NCBI GenBank assembly: GCA_902595795.1
Contig: CACJRK010000003.1
Coordinates: 7,753-71,752, forward strand
DNA: 64,000 bases
Direction of reading: 5' to 3'
From: an uncultured Pelagibacteraceae bacterium
Lineage (GTDB): Bacteria > Pseudomonadota > Alphaproteobacteria > Pelagibacterales > Pelagibacteraceae
Notes under the pieces: generated by a model
What the model was told of the DNA's origin: nothing
Database searches by the model: none
What the model saw: the letters and a program-made list of their open reading frames with translations, nothing else
Shown: positions 19,177 to 27,737 of the stretch, piece after piece
Layout of the letters: every line of letters begins with the position of its first letter
How positions within the stretch are numbered: position 1 is the stretch's first letter
Program-made: the position numbers and the translations under genes

Positions 19177-19308
19177 ATGGAATTGGCTTTTATAATTAAA
19201 ATATTCTTTTTTATAGCAGGTATTGTAACTTTATACGCAATAGGTAGGAACCTTGATATTATCAAAATTATACTAATTTATTGGAAAGACTTAATTTTTA
19301 GAAAGTAA
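19177..19308 (+). CDS. Putative 43-aa small membrane protein (not in ORF track)
   Basis: MELAFIIKIFFFIAGIVTLYAIGRNLDIIKIILIYWKDLIFRK; ATG 4 nt after the rmuC stop; fills the whole gap to hisG and overlaps its end by 18 nt. Confidence 0.55.
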   Translation: MELAFIIKIFFFIAGIVTLYAIGRNLDIIKIILIYWKDLIFRK

Positions 19309-19986
19309 TTTTAATATTTTTCTAAGACCCATTTTATTACCTGATGACTTAGAAATCATCATACAAGCCTCTGATTTTAGTATCTCTCCATCCTTTAAAA
19401 TACGTAAATTATTTGCTTTTAACGTTTCTCCAGTAGAAGTGATATCTGTGATTATTTCTGAAGAGCCTGTAAAAGGATAAGCTTCAGTTGCACCCAAACT
19501 ATCAATTAATTTGAATTGGGTAACACCCTTTGAAAACAAAAATTCCCTTGTTAAGTTTGGATATTTTGTTGCCACTCTTAATCTTTTTTTTTTCTTATCT
19601 TTAAATTCAAATGCAATTTCTTCTAAATCTGCAACTGTTTGTACATCTATCCATGGATCTGGAATTGCAACTACTAATGTGGCCTTACCGAAATTATATC
19701 TTTTTAAAACATTAATTTTTTTTTGAGTGTTTATTTCACTCTCTTTCAATAAATCAAAACCAGAAAAACCTACATCCAAGGATCCATCTCCAAGTCTTTC
19801 AATAATTTCCCTAGCATGAAGGTATAAAATCTTAATATTTTGATATTGCTTTATTGATCCTAAAAGATCTCTTTCTCCTCTTTCAGAAATAAGATTTAGT
19901 TTATTTTTTTTAAAAATATTTAAAACATCTTTTCTAAGTCTACCTTTGCTAGGAATACCTACAGAAAATTCTTTAAGATTATTCAT
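19291..19986 (-). CDS. hisG: ATP phosphoribosyltransferase, short form
   Basis: PSKGRL, RVATKYP, SLGATE, DITSTGETLKANNL; 231 aa. Confidence 0.93.
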   Translation of the reverse strand: MNNLKEFSVGIPSKGRLRKDVLNIFKKNKLNLISERGERDLLGSIKQYQNIKILYLHAREIIERLGDGSLDVGFSGFDLLKESEINTQKKINVLKRYNFGKATLVVAIPDPWIDVQTVADLEEIAFEFKDKKKKRLRVATKYPNLTREFLFSKGVTQFKLIDSLGATEAYPFTGSSEIITDITSTGETLKANNLRILKDGEILKSEACMMISKSSGNKMGLRKILKLLSKN

Positions 19987-20824
19987 ATTTATATTTTTTA
20001 AGTTGATCTCTAAAAGAAATATTAGCTTTATCGATAAGTTCTTTTTTTAATAAATTTTGAAAATTATTTTTAATACCTAAATTAAAAAATTTAATTTTTT
20101 TATTAATTGTTTGATTCATAACTGCTTCATCAAATCCTTTTTCATTCTCTAACTTGCTTAATTTGTCAAAATTACACGATTCTACAGATTTTTTTGCTTT
20201 ATCTAAATTAAATGAATTTTTTGATTTAGTTACATTTGAGATAAAATTAATTACTTTTTCGAAGGTCTTTAAAACTTCTTTTTGAAAATCTTCGTACTTT
20301 ATTGTTAATACAGGAAATTTATTACACTCTGACCAACTTTTTTCATGAAATTTCCAAGAACAAAGTGCATTAAATCCTAAATATCTATTATTAACTTTTT
20401 GAATTATTCCTTTGTTTTCAGTTATCAAAAAATCAAAAGCTTCCTCTTGAGATATTAAAAAATGATTTGCTATCGATGTGATTACATTTCTAGGGTCTCT
20501 TACAATATGAATAGCAGCTAAAGTATTATTTTCATTAGTAAAACTATTTCCGTTTATTTTTACCATAGCATTATGAGTTTTAAAGAATCTTAGTTTATTA
20601 TCTTTATTTATATTTTCTTGTTCTGATATCCAATATCTAGATGTACTAGCTGGATCAGAGAAATTATCTTTATACTTTTTAAAATAAGCTACACTTGGAT
20701 AAGCATCAATTTTTTTAAGTAAATCAAAATCAAAAGTCCCATCATCAGAAAAAAAATATGATGCCAACAATGATCTTAACCATGTATTTCCACTTTTAGG
20801 ATATGATGCAAGCCAAATAATCAT
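19979..20824 (-). CDS. Sulfotransferase-domain protein
   Basis: ASYPKSGNTWLR (5'-PSB loop), FKTH, IVRDPRNVITS (3'-PB), IKYED. Confidence 0.85.
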   Translation of the reverse strand: MIIWLASYPKSGNTWLRSLLASYFFSDDGTFDFDLLKKIDAYPSVAYFKKYKDNFSDPASTSRYWISEQENINKDNKLRFFKTHNAMVKINGNSFTNENNTLAAIHIVRDPRNVITSIANHFLISQEEAFDFLITENKGIIQKVNNRYLGFNALCSWKFHEKSWSECNKFPVLTIKYEDFQKEVLKTFEKVINFISNVTKSKNSFNLDKAKKSVESCNFDKLSKLENEKGFDEAVMNQTINKKIKFFNLGIKNNFQNLLKKELIDKANISFRDQLKKYKYE

Positions 20825-21871
20825 TTATAAATTTAAAGCAGCTCCTACTGCTGGAATTTGTTTTTTTGATCCCAGATCTAAAATCAAACCATCATAACGA
20901 CCACCATTAATAATATTTTTTGATAAACTTTTTGATTTGATATCAATTTTAAAAACCATTCCTGTGTAATATTCTAATTGTCTTCCAAAGGATGCTGAAA
21001 ATACTACGTTTAGTTTTGAAATTTTTCTATTCGAAATTGGAAAATATTTTTGATCTACAGCTAAATTAATTCTATTTTTTTTAAAAAATTCATTTAATTT
21101 ATTAGCTGCTTTATTTATTGGACATTTTATTTTTAAGAAATCTTTTATTATTTTTGAAACATTTTTTCCTTTATTAACTCCTCTAGGATCTTTTATTTTC
21201 TGATCAAATCTGTTTAATATTTCATTAATTGTTCTTCCTGCTACAATATTTGACAAATCCTCTTCAAGCATTTTGACATAACGCTTTTTATCTATTTCTA
21301 CAATCGTAGGATCAACATCTGCATTAGTTTCTAATCTTTTTAGCAAATCATTAAAATATTTTTCCCTCCAAAAATGTCTGGACAATCTTAGCCTCCATCT
21401 CTTTGGAATATCCAATTTAGAAATTAACAAATTAAAGATCTCAACATTTCCTATAGTGAGTGTTCCTGAGGAATGTTTGATATTTTGCAGTAATTTAAGA
21501 GATGTATTTATGATTTCTTTATCGTCATTTTTCTCATCCTTAGATCCTAAAATTTCAAATCCAATTTGATTTCTAATGATTGAATCTTTTTTGTTTTGTG
21601 ATTTTCGATAAGCCTGACCGCTGTAAAAAATTTTTTCCTTGCCCTTTAAATTATTTTCTAGGTATCTTAAACAAGATGCAATTGTTAAATCTGGTCTAAG
21701 GCACAACTCACTTCCATTATGATCAGTAAAAGAAAAGATAAATTTTCTAAAATTTTCTCCAGATCTTTGAACAATGTGATTAGCCTCAATTACTGAAGGT
21801 AAATCAATATATTTAAAACCCTTAGATTTTACTGATCTAAGAATATTTTCAGATAAGTTTTTCGACTTCAT
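20825..21871 (-). CDS. hisZ: ATP phosphoribosyltransferase regulatory subunit
   Basis: LRPDLT, QIGFE, LEYYTGMVF, GGRYD, PAVGAA; HisRS paralogue between hisS and hisG. Confidence 0.9.
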   Translation of the reverse strand: MKSKNLSENILRSVKSKGFKYIDLPSVIEANHIVQRSGENFRKFIFSFTDHNGSELCLRPDLTIASCLRYLENNLKGKEKIFYSGQAYRKSQNKKDSIIRNQIGFEILGSKDEKNDDKEIINTSLKLLQNIKHSSGTLTIGNVEIFNLLISKLDIPKRWRLRLSRHFWREKYFNDLLKRLETNADVDPTIVEIDKKRYVKMLEEDLSNIVAGRTINEILNRFDQKIKDPRGVNKGKNVSKIIKDFLKIKCPINKAANKLNEFFKKNRINLAVDQKYFPISNRKISKLNVVFSASFGRQLEYYTGMVFKIDIKSKSLSKNIINGGRYDGLILDLGSKKQIPAVGAALNL

Positions 21872-23243
21872 CGATTAAATTTTCTTTTGGAAATGTTTTA
21901 TTGTTTTCGCCCTTAACACCTTTAAGGTTTTTAATTGTGACAGTGTTTTCATTAAACTCATTTTCTCCACAAATAATCGCAACTGATAATTCACGTTTAT
22001 TTGCAAAGGTTAATTGTTTCCCTAGATTTTTTTTGATATCTAAAAAAATTTCAGCATTAATATTATTATCTCTCAGCTGATTTACTAATTCATAGTAATT
22101 CTTTAAATATTTTTGATCCATAACGCAGACTAAAACAGGTTTTTGATCTTCTATTTTAATTTGATCTAATTGCATTAAAGCAAATAACAATCGATCAACA
22201 CCAAAACTTATACCTGTTCCTGGAATATCAACTCCTCTAAATCTTGATATCAATTTTGCATAAGCTCCACCTGAACATATACTTCCAATATCTACTTCTT
22301 TTCCCTTATTATTTGTGACTTTAAAATTTAAGTTAGTCTCTACAATAAAGTCAGAATAATAAGCAAGGCCTCTTACAATCGTAAAGTTTGTTTTAACTTG
22401 ATTAAAATTTGATCCATATCCAAGAACTTCAAATACATTTTCTAACTCGTTTATTCCTTCTAGAGATAATGGATTTTTTAAAGTTTGTTTTAGTTCTTTT
22501 AATTCTTTTATTTTTAGAAAATTTAATATTTGTGCTGCTTGATCATTGGATAAGTCGGCTCCTTTAGTAATGGCGCCACTTTGATCTTTTCTCTCTTTTT
22601 TTAATAAATCTTCAACACCTTTTAATCCAAACCCTGGCTTATCTAATTTATCGATTGCTCTAATAACTTTTATTTTTTTTTCTTCAGAAATTTTTAATTC
22701 ATCAATTAGACCTTGAACGATTTTCCTATTACTTACATTGATTGTAAATTGATCATTATTTAAACCACAATCTGATAATGTACTTGATATTAAATTGCAA
22801 AGTTCTGCATTTGCCTGAGCAGGATTAACATTTCCAACTATATCAAAATCAGCTTGCATAAATTCTCTGTAACGTCCATTTCCTGCTTTTTCGTTACGAA
22901 ATACATTTTGAATTTGGTATCGTTTAAAAATTGATGGCAGTTCTTGATTGTTTTGAGCAACAAACCTTGCAAGTGGGCTTGATAAATCATATCGAAGCGT
23001 AATATTTTTTTCACCATCTTGAAATGAGAATACGTCAGACATAGGATTAGCCTCATCTTCTGCAAGAAAAGATCCTATGTTTTCACTAATTTCAAACGAA
23101 GGGGTTTCGAGAGCTTCTGCTCCAAATTTAATAAAATTATTCTCAATAGCTTTTAATAGCTTTTTTTTGAGAAGAATTTTTTTATCCCAACGATCTTCAA
23201 ATCCTGATGGTAATCCAGGAACTAATTTATTTTCTTTATTCAT
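21849..23243 (-). CDS. hisS: Histidine--tRNA ligase
   Basis: LRYDL, FRNEK..GRYREFMQADFD, VRGLAYY, GISFGVDRL; true start taken as ATG 23243 because the longer ORF overlaps tRNA-His. Confidence 0.94.
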   Translation of the reverse strand: MNKENKLVPGLPSGFEDRWDKKILLKKKLLKAIENNFIKFGAEALETPSFEISENIGSFLAEDEANPMSDVFSFQDGEKNITLRYDLSSPLARFVAQNNQELPSIFKRYQIQNVFRNEKAGNGRYREFMQADFDIVGNVNPAQANAELCNLISSTLSDCGLNNDQFTINVSNRKIVQGLIDELKISEEKKIKVIRAIDKLDKPGFGLKGVEDLLKKERKDQSGAITKGADLSNDQAAQILNFLKIKELKELKQTLKNPLSLEGINELENVFEVLGYGSNFNQVKTNFTIVRGLAYYSDFIVETNLNFKVTNNKGKEVDIGSICSGGAYAKLISRFRGVDIPGTGISFGVDRLLFALMQLDQIKIEDQKPVLVCVMDQKYLKNYYELVNQLRDNNINAEIFLDIKKNLGKQLTFANKRELSVAIICGENEFNENTVTIKNLKGVKGENNKTFPKENLIDEVEKLI

Positions 23244-23247
23244 TTTT

Positions 23248-23322
23248 TGGTACCCGGGCTGAGAATCGAACTCAAACTTAAAGTTCCACAAACTTTCGTG
23301 CTAACCGTTACACCACCCAGGC
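23248..23322 (-). tRNA. tRNA-His(GUG), lacking G-1
   Basis: GCCTGGG...AAAGT-TTGTGGA-ACTTT...TTCGATT...CCCGGGT-A-CCA; complete cloverleaf with encoded CCA. Confidence 0.95.
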
Positions 23323-23367
23323 ATTCCTTGTTTTTATATTATTTTTGTGTGGATTAAAAATTATATT

Positions 23368-23391
23368 ATAAATAAATAGCCTAAAGGCTAT
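23368..23391 (-). terminator. Small hairpin with U-rich tail (candidate attenuator/terminator) upstream of tRNA-His
   Basis: Minus strand ATAGCC-TTTA-GGCTAT followed by TTATTTAT. Confidence 0.4.
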
Positions 23392-23449
23392 GGAAGCAGA
23401 TTCTATGAGTGCTTCTTGAAGTATCTCTATATGTAATATTTATAATCAT
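23381..23449 (-). other. Candidate 22-codon leader peptide MIINITYRDTSRSTHRICFHSL (or structured sRNA)
   Basis: Open frame ATG 23449 to TAG 23381 with two His codons; putative promoter places +1 near the ATG; stop codon lies inside the hairpin. Confidence 0.35.
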
Positions 23450-23456
23450 GAGCTGT

Positions 23457-23484
23457 CTTTTAGACAAAAATTATGATTATTCAA
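23457..23484 (-). promoter_or_regulatory. Putative sigma70 promoter TTGAAT-N16-TAAAAG
   Basis: Minus strand TTGAATaatcataatttttgtcTAAAAG, overlapped by an ATAATCAT/ATGATTAT inverted repeat. Confidence 0.35.
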
Positions 23485-23495
23485 GACTTTAATTT

Positions 23496-23536
23496 AAAAA
23501 AGGACGTGAATCTATTTTATAAATTTAACACCCTTT
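23496..23536 (-). terminator. Intrinsic terminator downstream of the cold-shock gene
   Basis: AAAGGGTGT...ACGTCCTTTTTT imperfect stem with U tail starting 15 nt after the csp stop. Confidence 0.55.
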
Positions 23537-23550
23537 GAAATATTTTTAAA

Positions 23551-23763
23551 TTAGTCTATTTTTTTTAAATTAACTGCAGAGGCACCTTTTGGGCCTTCCT
23601 CTAGTGTAAACTCTAGTTTATCACCTTCATTAAGATATCTCATTCCAGCTTCTTTTACTGCTGAAGCGTGAACAAAAGCATCTTTTTCTTTATCATCTCT
23701 TTCAATGAAACCATAGCCTTTGGAACCATTGTACCATTTAATTTTACCAGTTAATGTGCTCAT
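23551..23763 (-). CDS. Cold-shock domain protein (CspA family)
   Basis: GKIKWYNGSKGYGFI (RNP1), AFVHAS (RNP2), GPKG.SAVNL; AAGGA SD upstream. Confidence 0.95.
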   Translation of the reverse strand: MSTLTGKIKWYNGSKGYGFIERDDKEKDAFVHASAVKEAGMRYLNEGDKLEFTLEEGPKGASAVNLKKID

Positions 23764-23846
23764 TATATTTTTTAGTCCTTTGTTATTTATTATTTGAATA
23801 AGTTAATTTTTTTTTAAATTATTTCAAGATGTAAAGTTGATTATAA

Positions 23847-23921
23847 TGGTGCCTCGGGAAGGATTCGCACCTCCGACACAAGCCTTTTCAGGGCTCTGCT
23901 CTACTCCTGAGCTACCGAGGC
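23847..23921 (-). tRNA. tRNA-Phe(GAA) with atypical D/T loops
   Basis: GCCTCGG...GAGCC-CTGAAAA-GGCTT...GGAGG-TGCGAAT-CCTTC-CCGAGGC-A-CCA. Confidence 0.93.
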
Positions 23922-23927
23922 AAAAGT

Positions 23928-24143
23928 TTAACCTCTAAAGATTATTCTGCCTTTTGTAAGATCATAAGGTGTCATTTCTACTGTCACATTATCGCCTTGC
24001 AATACTCTAATTCTATTTTTTCTTAACTTACCAGCAGTATGAGCTGTAACGGTGTGCCCATTTTCTAGCTTAACTCTAAACATTGCATTTGGAAGAAGAT
24101 CCATAACTTTTCCTTTAAATTCAAGCAAATCTTGTTTAGACAA
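23928..24143 (-). CDS. infA: Translation initiation factor IF-1 (TTG start)
   Basis: [27 protein letters not shown]. Confidence 0.96.
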   Translation of the reverse strand: MSKQDLLEFKGKVMDLLPNAMFRVKLENGHTVTAHTAGKLRKNRIRVLQGDNVTVEMTPYDLTKGRIIFRG

Positions 24144-24145
24144 TT

Positions 24146-25429
24146 TTATTTTCTCCTAATTCGTTTTTTTACAGATTGAGCGTGTCCTTCCAACCCTTCA
24201 TAATTTGCAAGTGTTATAACTGATGGTCCAAGACTTTCAATACCCTTTTTAGATAATTTTATATAAGAAATTCGTTTATAAAATTCATTAACACTTACTC
24301 CACTTGAATATCTTGCTGAACCATTGGTTGGTAATATATGGTTCGAACCAACATTATAGTCGGTCATTGCCATTATAGCATATTTCCCTAAACAAATTGA
24401 TCCTGCATTTTTAATTTCAGAAAGAAATGATTTATAATTTTTAACATTAAGTTCCAGGTGTTCTGGTGCAATTTTATTAACAACATTAATTATTTGTTTA
24501 TCAGAACTAATATACATTAAAATTCCATTATTCCTTAAGCTCTTTCTTGCTACAGATGCTCTTGGTATATCTTTTAATTGTTTTATAATTTCTTTTTCAA
24601 CTTTATTAATTAGTGATCTGTCCTTTGAAATTAATATACATTGAGCAAGATTATCATGCTCCGCTTGACCTATTAAGTCACTCGCGACCCATTCAGGATT
24701 TGAAAATTTATCACAAACGATAGTTATCTCAGAAGGACCAGCGGTCATTCCCTCAATTCCAACATCACCAAAAACTTCTTTTTTAGCCGCCGCAACATAA
24801 GCATTTCCAGGACCAACAATTTTATTTACCTTATCTATTTTTTTTGTTCCATAGGTTGCTGCAGCAATAGCTGACGGACCTCCAATTGAATAAATTTCTT
24901 TAATTTTGCATTTACGGGCTGCATATAAAACAGCAGGATTTTGTTTTCCTTTAAAACCAGGATTAATCATGATTATTCTTTTAACTCCTGCTACAATTGC
25001 AGGAATAGCATTCATTAATACACTAGATGGGTATGAAGCAGTTGATCCTGGAACATAAATCGCGACAGATTCTAAAGGTAGATATTTATACTCTATTCTA
25101 TTTTTCAAAACATCTTTGTATGAAATATTTCTAAATTTTTGAAGAGAGTGAAATTTATAAATTCTACTATAAGCAAGATCAATTGCTTGCTTTACTTTTT
25201 TATTCAGAGATTTTATTGATTTATAAATTTGTTTAGAATTAGGAACAATAATATTATTTTTATTAAACCTTTTTTCATACTTTAAAAGAGCCTTATCTCC
25301 ATTTTTCTTAACATCATTAATTATACTAGAAACTGAAACTAAATTAGACTGAACTTTTTTCTTTCTTTGTAAAAGCAAAATATCTAGAGTTTTATTAAAA
25401 TTTTTACTTTGACTATTTAATATTTTCAT
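24146..25429 (-). CDS. hisD: Histidinol dehydrogenase
   Basis: [31 protein letters not shown]. Confidence 0.94.
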   Translation of the reverse strand: MKILNSQSKNFNKTLDILLLQRKKKVQSNLVSVSSIINDVKKNGDKALLKYEKRFNKNNIIVPNSKQIYKSIKSLNKKVKQAIDLAYSRIYKFHSLQKFRNISYKDVLKNRIEYKYLPLESVAIYVPGSTASYPSSVLMNAIPAIVAGVKRIIMINPGFKGKQNPAVLYAARKCKIKEIYSIGGPSAIAAATYGTKKIDKVNKIVGPGNAYVAAAKKEVFGDVGIEGMTAGPSEITIVCDKFSNPEWVASDLIGQAEHDNLAQCILISKDRSLINKVEKEIIKQLKDIPRASVARKSLRNNGILMYISSDKQIINVVNKIAPEHLELNVKNYKSFLSEIKNAGSICLGKYAIMAMTDYNVGSNHILPTNGSARYSSGVSVNEFYKRISYIKLSKKGIESLGPSVITLANYEGLEGHAQSVKKRIRRK

Positions 25430-25440
25430 TAGTTATTAAT

Positions 25441-25827
25441 TTAATTTTGGTCTTCTAGTATTACTTCAATTGTTTCTGTAGTTAAAGCTATGTAAGCATT
25501 ATTATCAAAAATTAAGTTTATTTCATATTCATCTCTATTTTTTAAAAAATCAATTGCAATCAATTCTAGAACTAAATCACTATTTTTTTGATCAATATTT
25601 TTTGATTTTACCTTATAAACAAAATCAAACCTGCAAACACTATGAATTTTTTTATCTTCCTGATCTATTTCGATTTTAGTTCTCTCTATTGATAATAAAA
25701 AAACTTTATTTTCTGCTAAATATTTAATATCTGACACCTTAATCTTTGCTCCAGAAGTGCATGCTGAAATCATTTGTAAACCTTCACTATCTGTTGCAAT
25801 AATTTTTGCCAAATATTTCTTAAACAT
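25441..25827 (-). CDS. DUF2948-family protein
   Basis: A.D.EGLQMISA N-terminus; conserved alphaproteobacterial position between murA and hisD. Confidence 0.7.
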   Translation of the reverse strand: MFKKYLAKIIATDSEGLQMISACTSGAKIKVSDIKYLAENKVFLLSIERTKIEIDQEDKKIHSVCRFDFVYKVKSKNIDQKNSDLVLELIAIDFLKNRDEYEINLIFDNNAYIALTTETIEVILEDQN

Positions 25828-27080
25828 TAATTAACTCTTCTAATTTTTGCTCCAACTTTTTTTAATTTTTTTTCTATATTTTCATAACCTCTATCAAGAT
25901 GATAAATTCTATTAATTACTGATTTACCTTTTGCATTTAGTGCTGCAAGTATTAATGAAACTGAAGCTCTTAAATCTGTTGCCATTAATTCAGCGCCAGC
26001 AAAATTAACATTTCCATTAACTTTTGCCTTATTTCCATTAATTGAAATTTTAGCACCCATTCTATTTAATTCAGCAACATGCATAAATCTATTTTCAAAA
26101 ATATCTTCTTTAATATTTGAATGTTTATTTGCCTTGCATAATAGCACCATTATCTGAGCCTGTAGGTCTGTTGGAAAGCCAGGATAAGCAGCAGTTTTGA
26201 TATTTATACTTTTTATTTTTTTATTGCCAATAATATGTATTTCATTTTTTTTTATATTAATTTTCGCACCAATTTTTTTTAATATATTAATCTCAGTTTT
26301 AATAATCTTAGGAATTACATTTTTAATTTTTAAATTTCCCTCAGTTACTGCTGCTGCGATTAGGTATGTTCCTGCCTCAATTCTATCGAACATAATAGAA
26401 TAAGAGATATCACTAATTTCCTTAACACCATTTATTTTAAGTGATCTTTTCGCAATCCACTTTATATTACACCCTGATTTAATTAAAAAATTAACCAAAT
26501 CTTTTATTTCAGGTTCAATTGCACAGTTGCTTAATATAGTCGTTCCTTTAGCAAGGCTTGCTGCAATAATCAAATTTTCAGTTGCACCAACTGATATTTT
26601 TGAAAAACGTATTTTAGATCCAATTAACCCCTTGGGTGCAGTTGCATAAACATACCCTTGAATAATTTTATATTTTACACCTAGCTTTGATAATGCATCA
26701 AGATGTATATCTACTGGTCTTGTACCGATTGCACATCCTCCTGGAAGTGATACTTTTGCATTACCAAATTTTGCTAATAAAGGTCCAAGAACTAAAATTC
26801 CAGCTCTCATAGTTTTTACTAAACTGTAAGATGCAAACCTTTTATTTTGTTTTGTATTATCTATAATTAATTTATTATTTTTAAACTTAATTTTAGATCC
26901 TAAAGATTTTAATAAACTTGTCATCGTCTCTATATCTTTCACTCTCGGTAAATTATTTAAGTAAACTTTTTTATAAGATAATAAAGATGCTGCTAAAATC
27001 GGTAGTGAAGCATTTTTAGAGCCAGATATTTCTATTTGTCCTTTGAGCTTATTTGCCCCAAAGACTTCTAATTTTTGCAT
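25827..27080 (-). CDS. murA: UDP-N-acetylglucosamine 1-carboxyvinyltransferase
   Basis: SGSKNA, LPGGCAIGTRPVDIH, PGFPTDLQAQ, ATDLRAS, HLDRGY. Confidence 0.96.
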   Translation of the reverse strand: MQKLEVFGANKLKGQIEISGSKNASLPILAASLLSYKKVYLNNLPRVKDIETMTSLLKSLGSKIKFKNNKLIIDNTKQNKRFASYSLVKTMRAGILVLGPLLAKFGNAKVSLPGGCAIGTRPVDIHLDALSKLGVKYKIIQGYVYATAPKGLIGSKIRFSKISVGATENLIIAASLAKGTTILSNCAIEPEIKDLVNFLIKSGCNIKWIAKRSLKINGVKEISDISYSIMFDRIEAGTYLIAAAVTEGNLKIKNVIPKIIKTEINILKKIGAKINIKKNEIHIIGNKKIKSINIKTAAYPGFPTDLQAQIMVLLCKANKHSNIKEDIFENRFMHVAELNRMGAKISINGNKAKVNGNVNFAGAELMATDLRASVSLILAALNAKGKSVINRIYHLDRGYENIEKKLKKVGAKIRRVN

Positions 27081-27082
27081 AA

Positions 27083-27637
27083 TTAAACTTTGGGTAACGT
27101 TACTCCTGTTTGACCCATATACTTTCCATCTCTATCAGCATATGTTACTTCTGGTTTTTCATTTCCTTTTAAGAATATAAATTGAGCAACTCCTTCATTA
27201 GCATATATTTTGGCTGGAAGTGGTGTTGTATTAGAAAATTCTAGAGTTACATGTCCTTCCCAACCTGGTTCTAAAGGCGTAACATTTACGATTATTCCAC
27301 ATCTTGCATAAGTAGACTTACCAAGACAAATAACTAAAATATCTTTGGGTATTTTAAATCTTTCTACAGTTCTAGCTAAGACAAATGAATTAGGTGGTAT
27401 AATGCATTCTGAAACTTTTTTAGTAACAAAATTTGTTGGCTTAAAATTTTTAGGATCAACTATTTCTGAATTTACATTTGTAAAAATTTTAAATTCGTTT
27501 GAAACTCTAGCATCATAACCAAATGAAGATAATCCATAAGATATTTTATTACCTCTAATTTGTTTATCTTCAAAAGGAGAAATCATTTCTTTCTCTTTTG
27601 ACATTTTTCTTATCCAATTATCTGATAATACTGACAT
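27083..27637 (-). CDS. dcd: dCTP deaminase
   Basis: [35 protein letters not shown]. Confidence 0.95.
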   Translation of the reverse strand: MSVLSDNWIRKMSKEKEMISPFEDKQIRGNKISYGLSSFGYDARVSNEFKIFTNVNSEIVDPKNFKPTNFVTKKVSECIIPPNSFVLARTVERFKIPKDILVICLGKSTYARCGIIVNVTPLEPGWEGHVTLEFSNTTPLPAKIYANEGVAQFIFLKGNEKPEVTYADRDGKYMGQTGVTLPKV

Positions 27638-27737
27638 TATTTATTTTTTTTTTCATTTTCTTTATAAAAATTTTTCTTTTTTTTAAATTTTTTCTAAGAG
27701 CTTGACTAAGTCTCTCATTTTTTTCTTTTGAATTCAT
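27618..27737 (-). CDS. Putative 39-aa basic protein (not in ORF track)
   Basis: [39 protein letters not shown]; ATGA overlap with the upstream ORF; RL..ALR.NL.RRK-like pattern recalled from small proteins near murA in alphaproteobacteria. Confidence 0.6.
   Translation of the reverse strand: MNSKEKNERLSQALRKNLKKRKIFIKKMKKKINNVSIIR

Noticed and set aside
15798-19308. Possible prophage or defence island
   Set aside because: No integrase, att repeats, structural genes or obvious compositional break; reported instead as a resident nuclease cluster
23244-23291. N-terminal extension of the hisS ORF (MWNFKFEF...)
   Set aside because: It runs through the tRNA-His gene; ATG 23243 is the plausible start
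23390-23419. Plus-strand mini-ORF MEADSMSAS
   Set aside because: Only 9 codons, no supporting context; the minus-strand ORF or RNA structure explains the region better
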